NCBI GenBank assembly: GCA_963822445.1
Contig: CAWGHO010000002.1
Span: forward strand, 2,176,001 to 2,240,000
Length of the DNA stretch: 64,000 nt
DNA from: an uncultured Acidobacteriota bacterium
GTDB lineage: Bacteria > Acidobacteriota > Thermoanaerobaculia > Gp7-AA8
Direction: 5' to 3'
Position numbers and translations under genes: made by a program. The notes under the pieces were generated by a model. That model had not been told where the DNA came from, did not search any database, and saw only the letters and a program-made list of their open reading frames with translations. Below are positions 40,665 through 50,393 of this stretch, piece after piece. The stretch's first letter is position 1, and every line of letters begins with the position of its first letter.

Positions 40665-41693
40665 TTGAAGCTTTTCTATAGTTATTCATCGTCCGATGAG
40701 TCGTTCAGAAGCGAGTTCGAAGACCACCTTTCGTTACTCAAACGCGACGGCCTTCTGGAAACGTGGTCATTTCGAAATATCAGTGCTGGTTCAGATTGGG
40801 AGCGCGAGATCGACGACCGCCTTGCGATTGCCGACATCGCGCTCCTTTTGGTCAGTGCCAGTTTCATCGCGTCGAGATACTGCTGGGAGGTTGAACTGCG
40901 TCACGCGATCAAACGAGTGGACCGTGGCGAGATGCTCCTCATACCGGTTGTCATTCGCCCATGTGATTGGCAAACGGCACCGTTCGCCCGCTTCCAGGCT
41001 TTACCGGACGGCGCGAAGCCTGTCACATCGTGGCGTCCGCGTGACCGAGCGTGGGCGAATGTGGCAGCCGGGCTTCGAAACTTGATCGAAGCGAAGAGAA
41101 ATCCAACTGCTGCAACGACGGCTATTCACAATTCAGAGATGGGCAAACGTCAGATTGCGCAGGCGTTTCAACAGGCCCGTGAAGCCACTGATCACGCAGA
41201 TAGGCGTCATAAGCGCCTCGTGCGACAGGTAAACGAGCGTCGCATGAACCTGTTGACTGAATTGCCGCATCTACATAACGCAGTGGCGCAGCTCGTTGCG
41301 CATATCGCGCCAGAATTCGCGCCGACGCTGTCGATCGAGGGCGAACGGCTGACGATTGTGAGAGATCGAATACGTATGGTGGTTGAGCCTTCCGACAGCG
41401 GCCATAACTTAACGGTGACATTGGCGCGGTATGATAGCTCCAACGGTATTACGTTTCTAGGAATTGAAGTGATGGTGCATACAGTGATGTTACTTCGGAA
41501 CGTGACCAGAAAGTGGCGCGTGGAGACCGAGCACGTTTGGCGCCGGGAACTGACCGATAATGTTGAGACTTGGATATGGAGTCACGCGACGAGAGAACTG
41601 AAGGCGAACACCGAAGAGCTAGCGAGTCTGCTGCTTAGACGGTTTGCAGATCGCTGCGCAGGTCTCACGAACCCGGATAATGCCGCCGGCTAA
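40665..41693 (+). CDS. TIR-domain protein
   Basis: KLFYSYS, LLLVSASFIASRYCWEVEL and IPVVIRPCDW motifs. Confidence 0.9.
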   Translation: MKLFYSYSSSDESFRSEFEDHLSLLKRDGLLETWSFRNISAGSDWEREIDDRLAIADIALLLVSASFIASRYCWEVELRHAIKRVDRGEMLLIPVVIRPCDWQTAPFARFQALPDGAKPVTSWRPRDRAWANVAAGLRNLIEAKRNPTAATTAIHNSEMGKRQIAQAFQQAREATDHADRRHKRLVRQVNERRMNLLTELPHLHNAVAQLVAHIAPEFAPTLSIEGERLTIVRDRIRMVVEPSDSGHNLTVTLARYDSSNGITFLGIEVMVHTVMLLRNVTRKWRVETEHVWRRELTDNVETWIWSHATRELKANTEELASLLLRRFADRCAGLTNPDNAAG

Positions 41694-41884
41694 CTACTGC
41701 CAGAAGCTGGCACGGCCCGGCTTCGGTCCGCCGGCCGAGCCGGCTGCATCATCGCCAGCGTGACGGCGTCACGGCGGTTGCGGTTCGGCAGGCGTTGCAT
41801 GCAACTTCTGGCCGGCAACCGCCGTGCCGCTCGGACTTCGGCACGTGGGCCCTGGCCGTGCAGCTTAGGCGATAGACGTTAGGC
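41688..41884 (+). repeat. attC site 35
   Basis: GGCTAAC...GTTAGGC. Confidence 0.9.
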
Positions 41885-42090
41885 CGTCCGTGGCCACAAC
41901 GCTTCGCGTTCTTGTGAGCCCTTCGTCGCATTCACAGTTCTCATACCCTCCAGCCCCCCCTCGCAGTGTCGAAGGTGACGGGCGGCTGCCACCGATAAAA
42001 TGTTCCCCATCGAGTGGATCCGATCCCATGTCGATTTCATCTGCCACGGACATTTTTACGACCCTCTCCGTTGCATGCCGCTGCGGCACG

Positions 42091-42406
42091 TTCCCCCCAC
42101 GCAGCTGCCGACACCGCGATATCGCGGGCCGCGACCAGCAAAACGCGCCTCCCGCATGCCCAAGGGTGCCGTCGGTCCCTTCAAACTCGCCCACCAACCG
42201 CGGTAGACCGACGGCACCCTTGGGCATCACACCCTCCCGGCGCACGCTCGTCGCGGCCCTGACTTCACCCGCCGCCCACCCTCGCGCGCCGAACTCGCGA
42301 ATGCGTGCCGTGACACTGCGGTTGCATATCGCTCCCCGCTGACGGGGTTGTTAGTCGCGGCCAACCGCCGCGCCACGGGCGGTGACCGTGAATTCGGCGC
42401 GCTCAT
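42091..42406. ncRNA. Candidate structured element family B, copy 4
   Basis: Same architecture; leader from R' onward is homologous to that of copy 2. Confidence 0.5.
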
Positions 42407-42475
42407 GCCCGACGACTGCTGCTACCACCCGGACGCAGGGCTTTCGTTGAGCTCCGCAGGACTAGAATGTTCGCT

Positions 42476-43283
42476 ATGGCTTCGGAAGCGTCAAAAGAGC
42501 CGAACGAGGGTCGGTGGCACGAAGGTCGGATCACGAATGGCGTCCGCATCGTGCATCTTCACAGCTGGTCGTATTTCGATGATTACATGACTGAAGAGAT
42601 GATCACGCGAAGGCAGTTCATCTGGCGTGGACAAGCGTCAGCCGATTGGCCGCTCGAATCTACTATTGATCGCCTGTTGCGGCGCCGTAAGAGGCTCAAA
42701 AGTAAGCGGGCTCGCGAGGAGCATCTGCGTCGCTTCAAATACGCTAGCCGGGGCAGACGAGGGGCGAATCCGCCGCAACTCACAGAAGATGAATGGTGGG
42801 CGCTCGGTCAACATTTCGGGCTAGCGACGCCTCTTTTGGATTGGAGCGCTTCGCCATACGTTGCAGCGTATTTTGCCTTTGTTTCCGAAGAAAACGATAA
42901 TGCAGAGCAACGCGCCGTCTACGGTATATCGCGAACTTCCGTTCAGAACGCATGCGACGAAGCTCGAGAAGACTGGAGTGGCGAAGGCTCGCCATCGTTA
43001 CTTGAAATCATCGAGCCACTTTCGGACGAAAATCCGCGTCTGGTTAGCCAAGGCGGCCTTTACTCGTGTGCCGGACGGCATGGACGTGGAATCGTGGGTC
43101 AGAAGCCATTTCAAAGGTGACTCTAAGTTTCCCCGGTTACTCAAGCTCACGATGCCGAACGACGACCGCGAGTTAGCGCTACGAAACCTGAATCGCATGA
43201 ATATCAATCACCTCTCTCTATTTCCGGACTTATACGGCGCATCCAAATTCGTTAACCTCGATCTACTGATTGAGAAGTATTGA
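42476..43283 (+). pseudogene. FRG-domain protein, frameshifted near ~43060 (or sequence error)
   Basis: WRGQ, QHFGLATPLLDWS and NPRLVSQGG motifs; MNINHLSLFPDLYG in another frame. Confidence 0.85.
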
Positions 43284-43291
43284 GGTCGGCG

Positions 43292-43491
43292 GCCTAACTA
43301 CTGCCAGGAGCTGTCAGCGGGCCGTTTGCCGCGCCCGGCGCTGAAGCGCCTCGTTCAGCGCTGAATGGCCGGCGGCACGCCGGCCGACATGCTCTCGCGC
43401 CGCTGATCGCGGCGCGAATCACTGCAGCCGCCGCGCCGCGCACCCGCTCGCACGCGGGGCCTCGCCGCAGCTCAGGCGACAAACGTTAGCC
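43292..43491 (+). repeat. attC site 36
   Basis: GCCTAAC...GTTAGCC. Confidence 0.9.
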
Positions 43492-43715
43492 GGACGAAAC
43501 GAAACATGCTCTGAATGTCCGCGACGAAGGAACGATGAGGTAGCGGAGGCGCGAGCAGTGACAGTCGGAGCGATGCCGAAGGATGCAGCGACCGTGCATG
43601 GTCCAAGACCAGTGATGCCGAGAGGTGGTAGGGGTGACGGAGTAATCGTGAGGGCAACGTACTCGCTGTATCGGTCCGGACAAGGATCGTCTCCCGCCGT
43701 TTGAGACTGTTAGGG

Positions 43716-44150
43716 CTACTTCGGTCTGGACCTAAGGATGGTACCAAGCGCTTGCAGGTGTCCTGCGCCGCGTTCGATCTCCGCCAACCAATGTTCACGA
43801 TATGGTGCCAGAGTCTTATCGGAGTTGAGATGATGCCAATCTAAATTCTTAGCGTAGATACCCAACTGCTTCAGATCGCGCAGCATCGCGTAGCGAGCTT
43901 GACCTAAGCTGTCTCGCACCTTTGACGTGCAGTCGTCAAAATCGAAAACCAGATGGTTGTACTTCGTTCCCTCGACTCGGGGAATCTTACCATCACGCAA
44001 CTTCGTTGCGATCGCCTCGAGCGCACCGCCCAACGCTGTGAAGTACTCAGCCGCGCGCTCATCTGCGTCAATTTTTCGTTCCCGAATAAGCTCGATTAGC
44101 TTTGCGGTTGTTTCCGCGAGGTCGGTGAGTAGCTTCCATTCAACAATCAT
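43716..44150 (-). CDS. Hypothetical helical protein
   Basis: Main ORF of the cassette; likely ATG 44150. Confidence 0.6.
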   Translation of the reverse strand: MIVEWKLLTDLAETTAKLIELIRERKIDADERAAEYFTALGGALEAIATKLRDGKIPRVEGTKYNHLVFDFDDCTSKVRDSLGQARYAMLRDLKQLGIYAKNLDWHHLNSDKTLAPYREHWLAEIERGAGHLQALGTILRSRPK

Positions 44151-44429
44151 TGCCCACCTTATCGTTAGATGCAGTTGACCACTTTGTTGCTGTAATCCAA
44201 GGACGAGCGTTTGATAGCAAGGTGACCGTCGCCGAGCGTAGATCCGCAATGCTCCCCTTCGGGTGCAGTAAGCCGAAGCGCGTCGCTCTACGTACAACGT
44301 CGTGCGTCGAGAGGTACTGGGCCCGCCAGCTTCCAGAAATCAACTCCGAGTGGTCTCACAAGTAGGAGTGTCGCCTCCGTCGAATTCCCTACCCACAAGC
44401 AAAGCTGGAGATCTTGATCGCCGCGCCGG

Positions 44430-45365
44430 CTAACTGTTGCGTCTCAGGACGTTGTTCCGATCCAGGCGACTGATGGGTGGATTGTAAGAGAGCGCGGTAT
44501 GCGCTCGGTGGTAGTTGTAGAAGTGAAGGTACGGTGCGAGCCAACGGCGCCGTTCCTCGGAGCTGTGGTACGAGAACCGATAGGCCCATTCGCGCAGCAG
44601 CGTCTGGATGAACCGCTCCGCTTTACCGTTCGTCCGTGGTGTGTACGGCCGGATGCGGACGTGAGTGAGGTTCAGGCGGCTGCAGGTATCCCGGAAGTCG
44701 CGTGAGATGAAGGCCGATCCGTTGTCGGTCATCACCCGCTCGACGATGACATTCCGCTGAGCGAACCACGCCACCGCCCGAGTCAAAAACGAGCTGGCAG
44801 TCTCGCTACGCTCATCTGCCAGGACGTCGACGTAGGAGAGTCGGGTGAAGTCATCCGTCGCGACGTACACGAACTCGAAGCCCTGCTTCTTTGAGCCAAA
44901 CGATCGACGCCTGGTGATGCGGTGTCCCACTCGATTGAACCGTCCCAGGCGCTTGATGTCGATGTGCACCAGTTCCCCCGGACGCTCCTTCTCGTACCGA
45001 ATTGGCACTGTTGCCGGCTCAAGCTGACGCAACCGAGCCAGCCCTGCTGACCGGCAGATCCGCGCTGCTGTCGACGCACTCACGCCCACTGCCTGCGCGA
45101 TCTGTCGCACAGTCCGCCATTCGCGGCGAAGACTCAGAACACGCTGTCGTTTTATGTCGCTCGTGGCCCGGCCCCTGTGCGGTCTGGAGCTCCGATCGTT
45201 AAGCGGCTCGACCCTCAGACCACGACGGATCCACTCCCGCCCTCGCCGGTCACTCATACCGGCGGCCTCCGACGCCTCGCGCACCGACCATCCTTGTTCG
45301 CAGACTCGCTTGACCAGCAGTGCTCGACTCAACGGGCAGCTTCGCGCATTCTTGTGCACGTCCAT
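44430..45365 (-). CDS. IS481-family DDE transposase
   Basis: Same protein as the other two copies. Confidence 0.95.
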   Translation of the reverse strand: MDVHKNARSCPLSRALLVKRVCEQGWSVREASEAAGMSDRRGREWIRRGLRVEPLNDRSSRPHRGRATSDIKRQRVLSLRREWRTVRQIAQAVGVSASTAARICRSAGLARLRQLEPATVPIRYEKERPGELVHIDIKRLGRFNRVGHRITRRRSFGSKKQGFEFVYVATDDFTRLSYVDVLADERSETASSFLTRAVAWFAQRNVIVERVMTDNGSAFISRDFRDTCSRLNLTHVRIRPYTPRTNGKAERFIQTLLREWAYRFSYHSSEERRRWLAPYLHFYNYHRAHTALSYNPPISRLDRNNVLRRNS

Positions 45366-45468
45366 CTGGGTTCCTTCCTGTCAACCTGTTCGTTTGAGAG
45401 CTTTCAGATTGACGAAAGTCGCCCGGATGGACAACCCGCTTCAAGGAACAACGTCCTGACACATCACA
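44435..45468 (-). mobile_element. IS481-family element copy 3, inserted in attC R''
   Basis: 1034 bp; flanks GCTAAC and CCTAAC (not identical). Confidence 0.95.
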
Positions 45469-45664
45469 CCTAACTACTGCCAGGAGCTGTCGCGGCCCGG
45501 CTTCGGTCCGCCGGCCGAGCCGGCTGCTTTTTCGCCAGCGTGACGGCGTCACGGCGGTTGCAGTTCGGCAGGCGTTGCATGCAACTTCTCGCCGGCAACC
45601 GCCGCGCCGCTTCGGCTTCGGCACGTGGGCCCTGGCCGCGCAGCTCAGGCGATAGACGTTGGGC
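45469..45664 (+). repeat. attC site 37 (IS481 at R'')
   Basis: CCTAAC...GTTGGGC. Confidence 0.9.
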
Positions 45665-45972
45665 GGACGAGGGCGACATCGACGTGCGTGCTACGACCAG
45701 CCGGGTCCTCGACATCGAAGGGGGCGAAGCTGAATCACAGTGGAAAATCGACGTGCTACCCCGTGGAACGCTCTCAAACGCCTCTGCCAAATCTACTCGC
45801 GGTAGTTCCCGGCACTTGTTGCGTTTGCGTCGCGGCCTATCGCTACCGTCGCCGTGCGCTTCGATTAGGCGAAGCCGAGATGTCTTTTCGGCGTTTGCGC
45901 GCGTCCAGTGGCTAGGAGATGATTGCGCGCGGTGGATCGGTCGCTCGACTAGTCGCGAGGTAAGATTGAGTT

Positions 45973-46590
45973 ATGAAGCAATACATTCTGAAATGGGGTG
46001 GCCGTTTCGCGTCATCCATCGTCGTAATGCTCGCCACGATTCCCTCAGTGTTTGGCACCTTTCAATCGCAGACAGCTGGTCGTGCGTGGATGTTCGCAAT
46101 TGCGGCTGTCGCTTTGATCGGATTGCTGGTCGATGTTGCATTTCAGGAGCGCGCGGAGGCGCAGTTGAACAGAATCGAGCGTTCATCCGACGAAACTCTC
46201 GAGAGCAACCGCAGGCTGATCCGCATGCTAACGGTGAAGGACCCGCAGACACTCCGAGGGCGCGCGGCGTTACTGTCATCACGTATTCTCATCTGGATTT
46301 CGGAACTTGAAGCCACTGTGTGGTCAGCGAGACCGGTCGCGAAGCCAAACACGGTGGATGCCATCATCGCAGAAGGTGTTACCCGCTGGCACCTGGTTCA
46401 GGAGACGAACGAGATCTTTTCGCGTCTGTTCGCGAAGGACGTTCTAAAGCTCCGCGAGGATCTCCAGCAAGCCGGAGTATCGAATGCGTTCATTGACTCG
46501 TTCTCGCCTGAAAGCAACACGCCCGATGCGATCAGGCTGCTTGCGGTGCACCTCGGCCGCGCTGCCGATCGGCTCCCAGACGAAGTTTAA
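45973..46590 (+). CDS. Hypothetical two-TM membrane protein
   Basis: 205 aa; ends 10 bp before R''. Confidence 0.75.
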   Translation: MKQYILKWGGRFASSIVVMLATIPSVFGTFQSQTAGRAWMFAIAAVALIGLLVDVAFQERAEAQLNRIERSSDETLESNRRLIRMLTVKDPQTLRGRAALLSSRILIWISELEATVWSARPVAKPNTVDAIIAEGVTRWHLVQETNEIFSRLFAKDVLKLREDLQQAGVSNAFIDSFSPESNTPDAIRLLAVHLGRAADRLPDEV

Positions 46591-46600
46591 GAGAGGCGCC

Positions 46601-46796
46601 GCCCAACTACTGCCAGAAGCTGGCACGGCCCGGCTTCGGTCCGCCGGCCGAGCCGGCTGCATCATCGCCAGCGTGTCGGCGTCACGGCGGTTGCAGATCG
46701 CCAGTCGTTGCGGGCAACTCCTCGCCGGCAACCGCCGTGCCGCTCGGCTTCGGCACGTGGGCCCTGGCCGTGCAGCTTAGGCGATAGACGTTGGGC
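46601..46796 (+). repeat. attC site 38
   Basis: GCCCAAC...GTTGGGC. Confidence 0.9.
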
Positions 46797-47089
46797 GGAC
46801 CCGGCACGAAGAGGTAGGCCCGACTTCCATTTACGCGTTGGCAATCGCACCGACTGAAGCGGCGGAGCCGCGCGCCAAGGCGTCCGCCACAATTGCTCGT
46901 CGTGGTACCCGCCCGTCCGCCGGCTTGTCGCACCTGCAGCACGCGCGAATCATGATTCTCGTAGGCAGCCGGCCACAATCTGCCCAAGAGCCGCTATCCA
47001 CGCCGGCCTGACGGCCGAGCACGCATTCCGCGTCGGCCATCATTCGGCGCGCGCGCTGCTTCCAAGCGCGGAAAGTCGTGCGTGCGGCC
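46791..47089. repeat. ORF-less cassette family A, copy 8
   Basis: Homologous to copy 1. Confidence 0.85.
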
Positions 47090-47280
47090 GCCCAACAACT
47101 CACAGCAGCTGTCGCGGCCCGGCTTCGTCCCGGCGCTGAAGCGCCTGGGCCGAACAGTATCGGCGCGGCGTCACGCCGGCTGCAGTTCGGTTCGTTCGTT
47201 AATCGCCGGCAGCCGGCGTGCCGCGCCCTGCCGTAGCCGCGTGGGCCCTGGCCGCGCAGCTGAGTGAGATGACGTTAGCC
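47090..47280 (+). repeat. attC site 39 (family-A subtype)
   Basis: GCCCAAC...GTTAGCC. Confidence 0.9.
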
Positions 47281-47464
47281 GGACCGAAGCGATGCGTGGT
47301 TGAAACGACCAATAGACCGGCGTATTCGTGCGATGCTGCAGTGCACGCTGGCCTGCTCCGGTTCGACCGCAGTGTTATCTTCGTTACCACCGACCGTGAG
47401 CAAACATCCAGTCGCGAACGAGCAGGAGATTTCTTTGCCGACATGGCACCTCAGGAAGTGGCAT

Positions 47465-48127
47465 GTGCCGTCGTGGTGGATCACCGGTTTGGTGCTTCTC
47501 CTGTGTGTCGCGCAGCCGTTACAAGCGTGCTCTTGCGGTGACCGCCCAAAGGCCGCGAAGGTCTTGTCATCTCACGCTGTATTTGACGGGACGGTCGTGT
47601 CCTCTCGACCCTTCATCGATCGATCAGACGACTACTGGTACGTGCTCGAGGAATGGACGTTTCAGGTGCATAGGAGTTGGACACGAGGAGTCCAAGGCGA
47701 TGTCGCTATTCGTGCCTATCCGCATAACTGTGGCGTCTGGTTTGAGAATGGTGAGCGCGCAATTGTTGTCGCTGTCAATCGCGAAAGGCGCACACTCGGT
47801 GCGTTCAAGTGTGCCTATCCTCGCGAGAATGTTGACGTGTTAAACGCGGACCGTCTGTTGGGGCCGGCTTCGTTCCGCACCGACGGCCCGGTACGGAAAA
47901 GGAGAATCGCGCGTATCGTTAATGTGGCTCGGCGCTTGGTTCTTCACCTCATCGCGGATATCCACAACTGGATCGTTCGCTCCGGTCTTCGTGGCCGCGG
48001 CTACGGCACTGTCATTGCTTGGGCGCTGGCGACATGCGTGCTCTTCGCTATCTTGGTCGTCGTTCTATCGTTCCGGCGACTGCGAGGTCGCGACAAGAAT
48101 GAGCCGCCTTCCATGGCAGCCGGCTAA
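47465..48127 (+). CDS. TIMP/NTR-like exported protein with C-terminal TM (start uncertain)
   Basis: Signal peptide then ACSC; VFDGTVV, V..SW and CGVWF motifs. Confidence 0.65.
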   Translation: MPSWWITGLVLLLCVAQPLQACSCGDRPKAAKVLSSHAVFDGTVVSSRPFIDRSDDYWYVLEEWTFQVHRSWTRGVQGDVAIRAYPHNCGVWFENGERAIVVAVNRERRTLGAFKCAYPRENVDVLNADRLLGPASFRTDGPVRKRRIARIVNVARRLVLHLIADIHNWIVRSGLRGRGYGTVIAWALATCVLFAILVVVLSFRRLRGRDKNEPPSMAAG

Positions 48128-48320
48128 CTACTGCCAGGAGCTGCCGGCGGGCCGTTTGCCGCGCCCGGCGCTGAAGCGCCTCGTTCGGCGTTGATGGGCC
48201 GGCGGCACGCCGGCCGACATGCTCTCGCGCCGCTGATCGCGGCGCGAACACGGCGGCCATCGAGCCGCGCACCCGCTCGCACGTGGGGCCTCGCCGCAGC
48301 TCAGGCGATAGACGTTAGCC
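48122..48320 (+). repeat. attC site 40
   Basis: GGCTAAC...GTTAGCC. Confidence 0.9.
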
Positions 48321-48493
48321 GGACGAACCACATTTTGGCGTCATGGCACAGCTCCGCTACTTGCACGCTTATCGCGCCCGAAGTCGGCGTTGCCGTCCGC
48401 CAGGCGGTGCGTAGGCGCCACTTGGTCAGGATGCCATCGCGGGTTGAAGTCGACGGTAGCCGGGCGCAAGGGCTGAGGAGTAGACTGATGCCA

Positions 48494-48718
48494 ATGCTCG
48501 GCCAAAACGAGGTCATCCACACCGATCCCGAGATTCTTGCCGGTGAGCCGGTATTCGTCGGAACGCGAGTGCCGCTAAGAAACCTCTTCGATTATCTCGA
48601 GGCCGGCGATTCGCTCGAGGTCTTCCTCGATGCATTTCCCGATGTGACGAGGGAGCAAGCTGTGGCGGCCCTAGAACTTGCTAGAGAGGCGGTAACCGCG
48701 GGTGCGGGTTCTCGTTGA
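48494..48718 (+). CDS. DUF433 antitoxin
   Basis: DPEILAGEPVFVGTRVP...FPDVTREQAVAALE. Confidence 0.9.
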   Translation: MLGQNEVIHTDPEILAGEPVFVGTRVPLRNLFDYLEAGDSLEVFLDAFPDVTREQAVAALELAREAVTAGAGSR

Positions 48719-49025
48719 TCACTGTCTTCCGCGCCATCTAGCCGTAGAACTCACTGGTCACGAAGCCACGACGGTGCGTGCACAGCGGTGGTCCGGCCTT
48801 CGTAACGGTGTCTTGCTCCGGGCTGCGGTCGACGCAGGGTTCGACGTGTTCATCACGAACGATTCGAGCATCGAGTTTCAGCAGAACGTGAAACGCATCG
48901 GTATCGCCGTGATCGCGATCGTGGGTTTTCGAAATCGCATGGAAGACCTCAGACCTCTTCTCCCGCGGATCCTAAAGGTATTGATCACAATCAAGGCGGG
49001 CGAGCTGATAACGATCTCTCGTTAG
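48702..49025 (+). CDS. DUF5615 PIN-like toxin
   Basis: MRVLVDHCLP...FDVFITNDSSIEFQQN. Confidence 0.9.
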   Translation: MRVLVDHCLPRHLAVELTGHEATTVRAQRWSGLRNGVLLRAAVDAGFDVFITNDSSIEFQQNVKRIGIAVIAIVGFRNRMEDLRPLLPRILKVLITIKAGELITISR

Positions 49026-49197
49026 TGTTTGCGGCAAAGCACAATCCAGGGCGCGGGGTGGCATTCAGGGCTACGATGTGTTGTTATTTTCGCGTGCCGC
49101 ATGCTGCGGGACGGCGAGGTTCGGCATATGTACTCGAACGGCAGCGCTGGTGCGTTCTGCATAGCGCGCCTTGAAATCGGTGGGGAAGCGGGGCGCC

Positions 49198-49394
49198 GGC
49201 TAACTACTGCCAGAAGCTGGCACGGCCCGGCTTCGGTCCGGCGGCCGAGCCGCCTACATCATCGCCAACGGGACGGCGTCACCGCGGTTGCAGATCGGCA
49301 GGCGTTGCAGGCAACTTCTCGCCGGCAACCGCCGTGCCGCTCGGGCTTCGGCACGTGGGCCCTGGCCGTGCAGCTTAGGCGATGGACGTTAGGC
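49198..49394 (+). repeat. attC site 41
   Basis: GGCTAAC...GTTAGGC. Confidence 0.9.
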
Positions 49395-49481
49395 GTACTG
49401 CGGGCGGGAGTCGCTAGGAAGACCCCCGAAACGGCTACAAGCATGCGTTACTATCTGCTAGGATCGCCGCGAGGACACGTC

Positions 49482-50391
49482 ATGGTGGGTAAAGCAAAGC
49501 GAGCAAAGTACACTGAGCTTCTAAGACTCTTGCGCGCCGGCGACACGGAAGACAATCCTGGTGTAATCATGACGAACGGCGACGCTGTTGGCCTCGGAGC
49601 CGACCTTGATAACTATTTTGCCAGCCGTGAACACCGGCAGGCAGTACTAGGGTTAGATATCTATAAATACAGCCGCTTCGAAACTAAGCGCCAGCGCCTC
49701 GTGCCGGTACTTTTCAGGTATCTCTACGATCAGGCAATGCACTTTTGCGTCCGTGATGAGCCGTCAATATTAGCGAGCAGATTTCAAAGATAGATTCATA
49801 CCGACGGGGGATGGCGGCTTTCAAATCTTCGCGACTCCACTGCAGGCATTAGTCTTTGCGACGTTTTTTCAGTCAGCGCTCATAGGCTATAATTCTTGGT
49901 TGACCTTCCCGAAAGTTCGGCGTCTAGTAGGCGACCTGACTCTTCGCTATACGTTGACATTTGATGACGTATTTCAGCTTGACGGTAACTGGTTCGGTGC
50001 GGGCATCATAACTAACGCGCGTATCATCAGTCGCGACGCACTCAACCGTTGTCTCGCGGATGCAGCCTCTATCGCATGGTTTGCAGAGCGTATTGGCGCG
50101 ATCGAGTCCCTCCTCGTTTTGCAGGGTAGCGATCTTTTAGCCATGACTGATCGTCCGATGCAGAGCGCGCCACCTAGCCTGCTGTTTCCAAGTGCTTCGG
50201 CGGGCAACTATCCGGAAAATTCATTCAGATCCTTGAATGTGCAGAAAATCGGCAACGTTGCGGTCAAGGGGAGTGATCTTGACGTGTATAACGTGTACGC
50301 GCAAGTCGTTGTGTGTCACACGGGAGGCGATGCGCGCCGTAATGTCATAGTCACGCTCGGCAATCTGAACGCTGGTGGTGTCACGGTGTAG
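49482..50391 (+). pseudogene. Class III nucleotidyl cyclase-like protein, frameshifted near ~49785
   Basis: VLGLDIYKYS, then FIPTGDGGFQ, LRY and NWFGAGIITNARI in the second frame. Confidence 0.65.
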
Positions 50392-50393
50392 AC

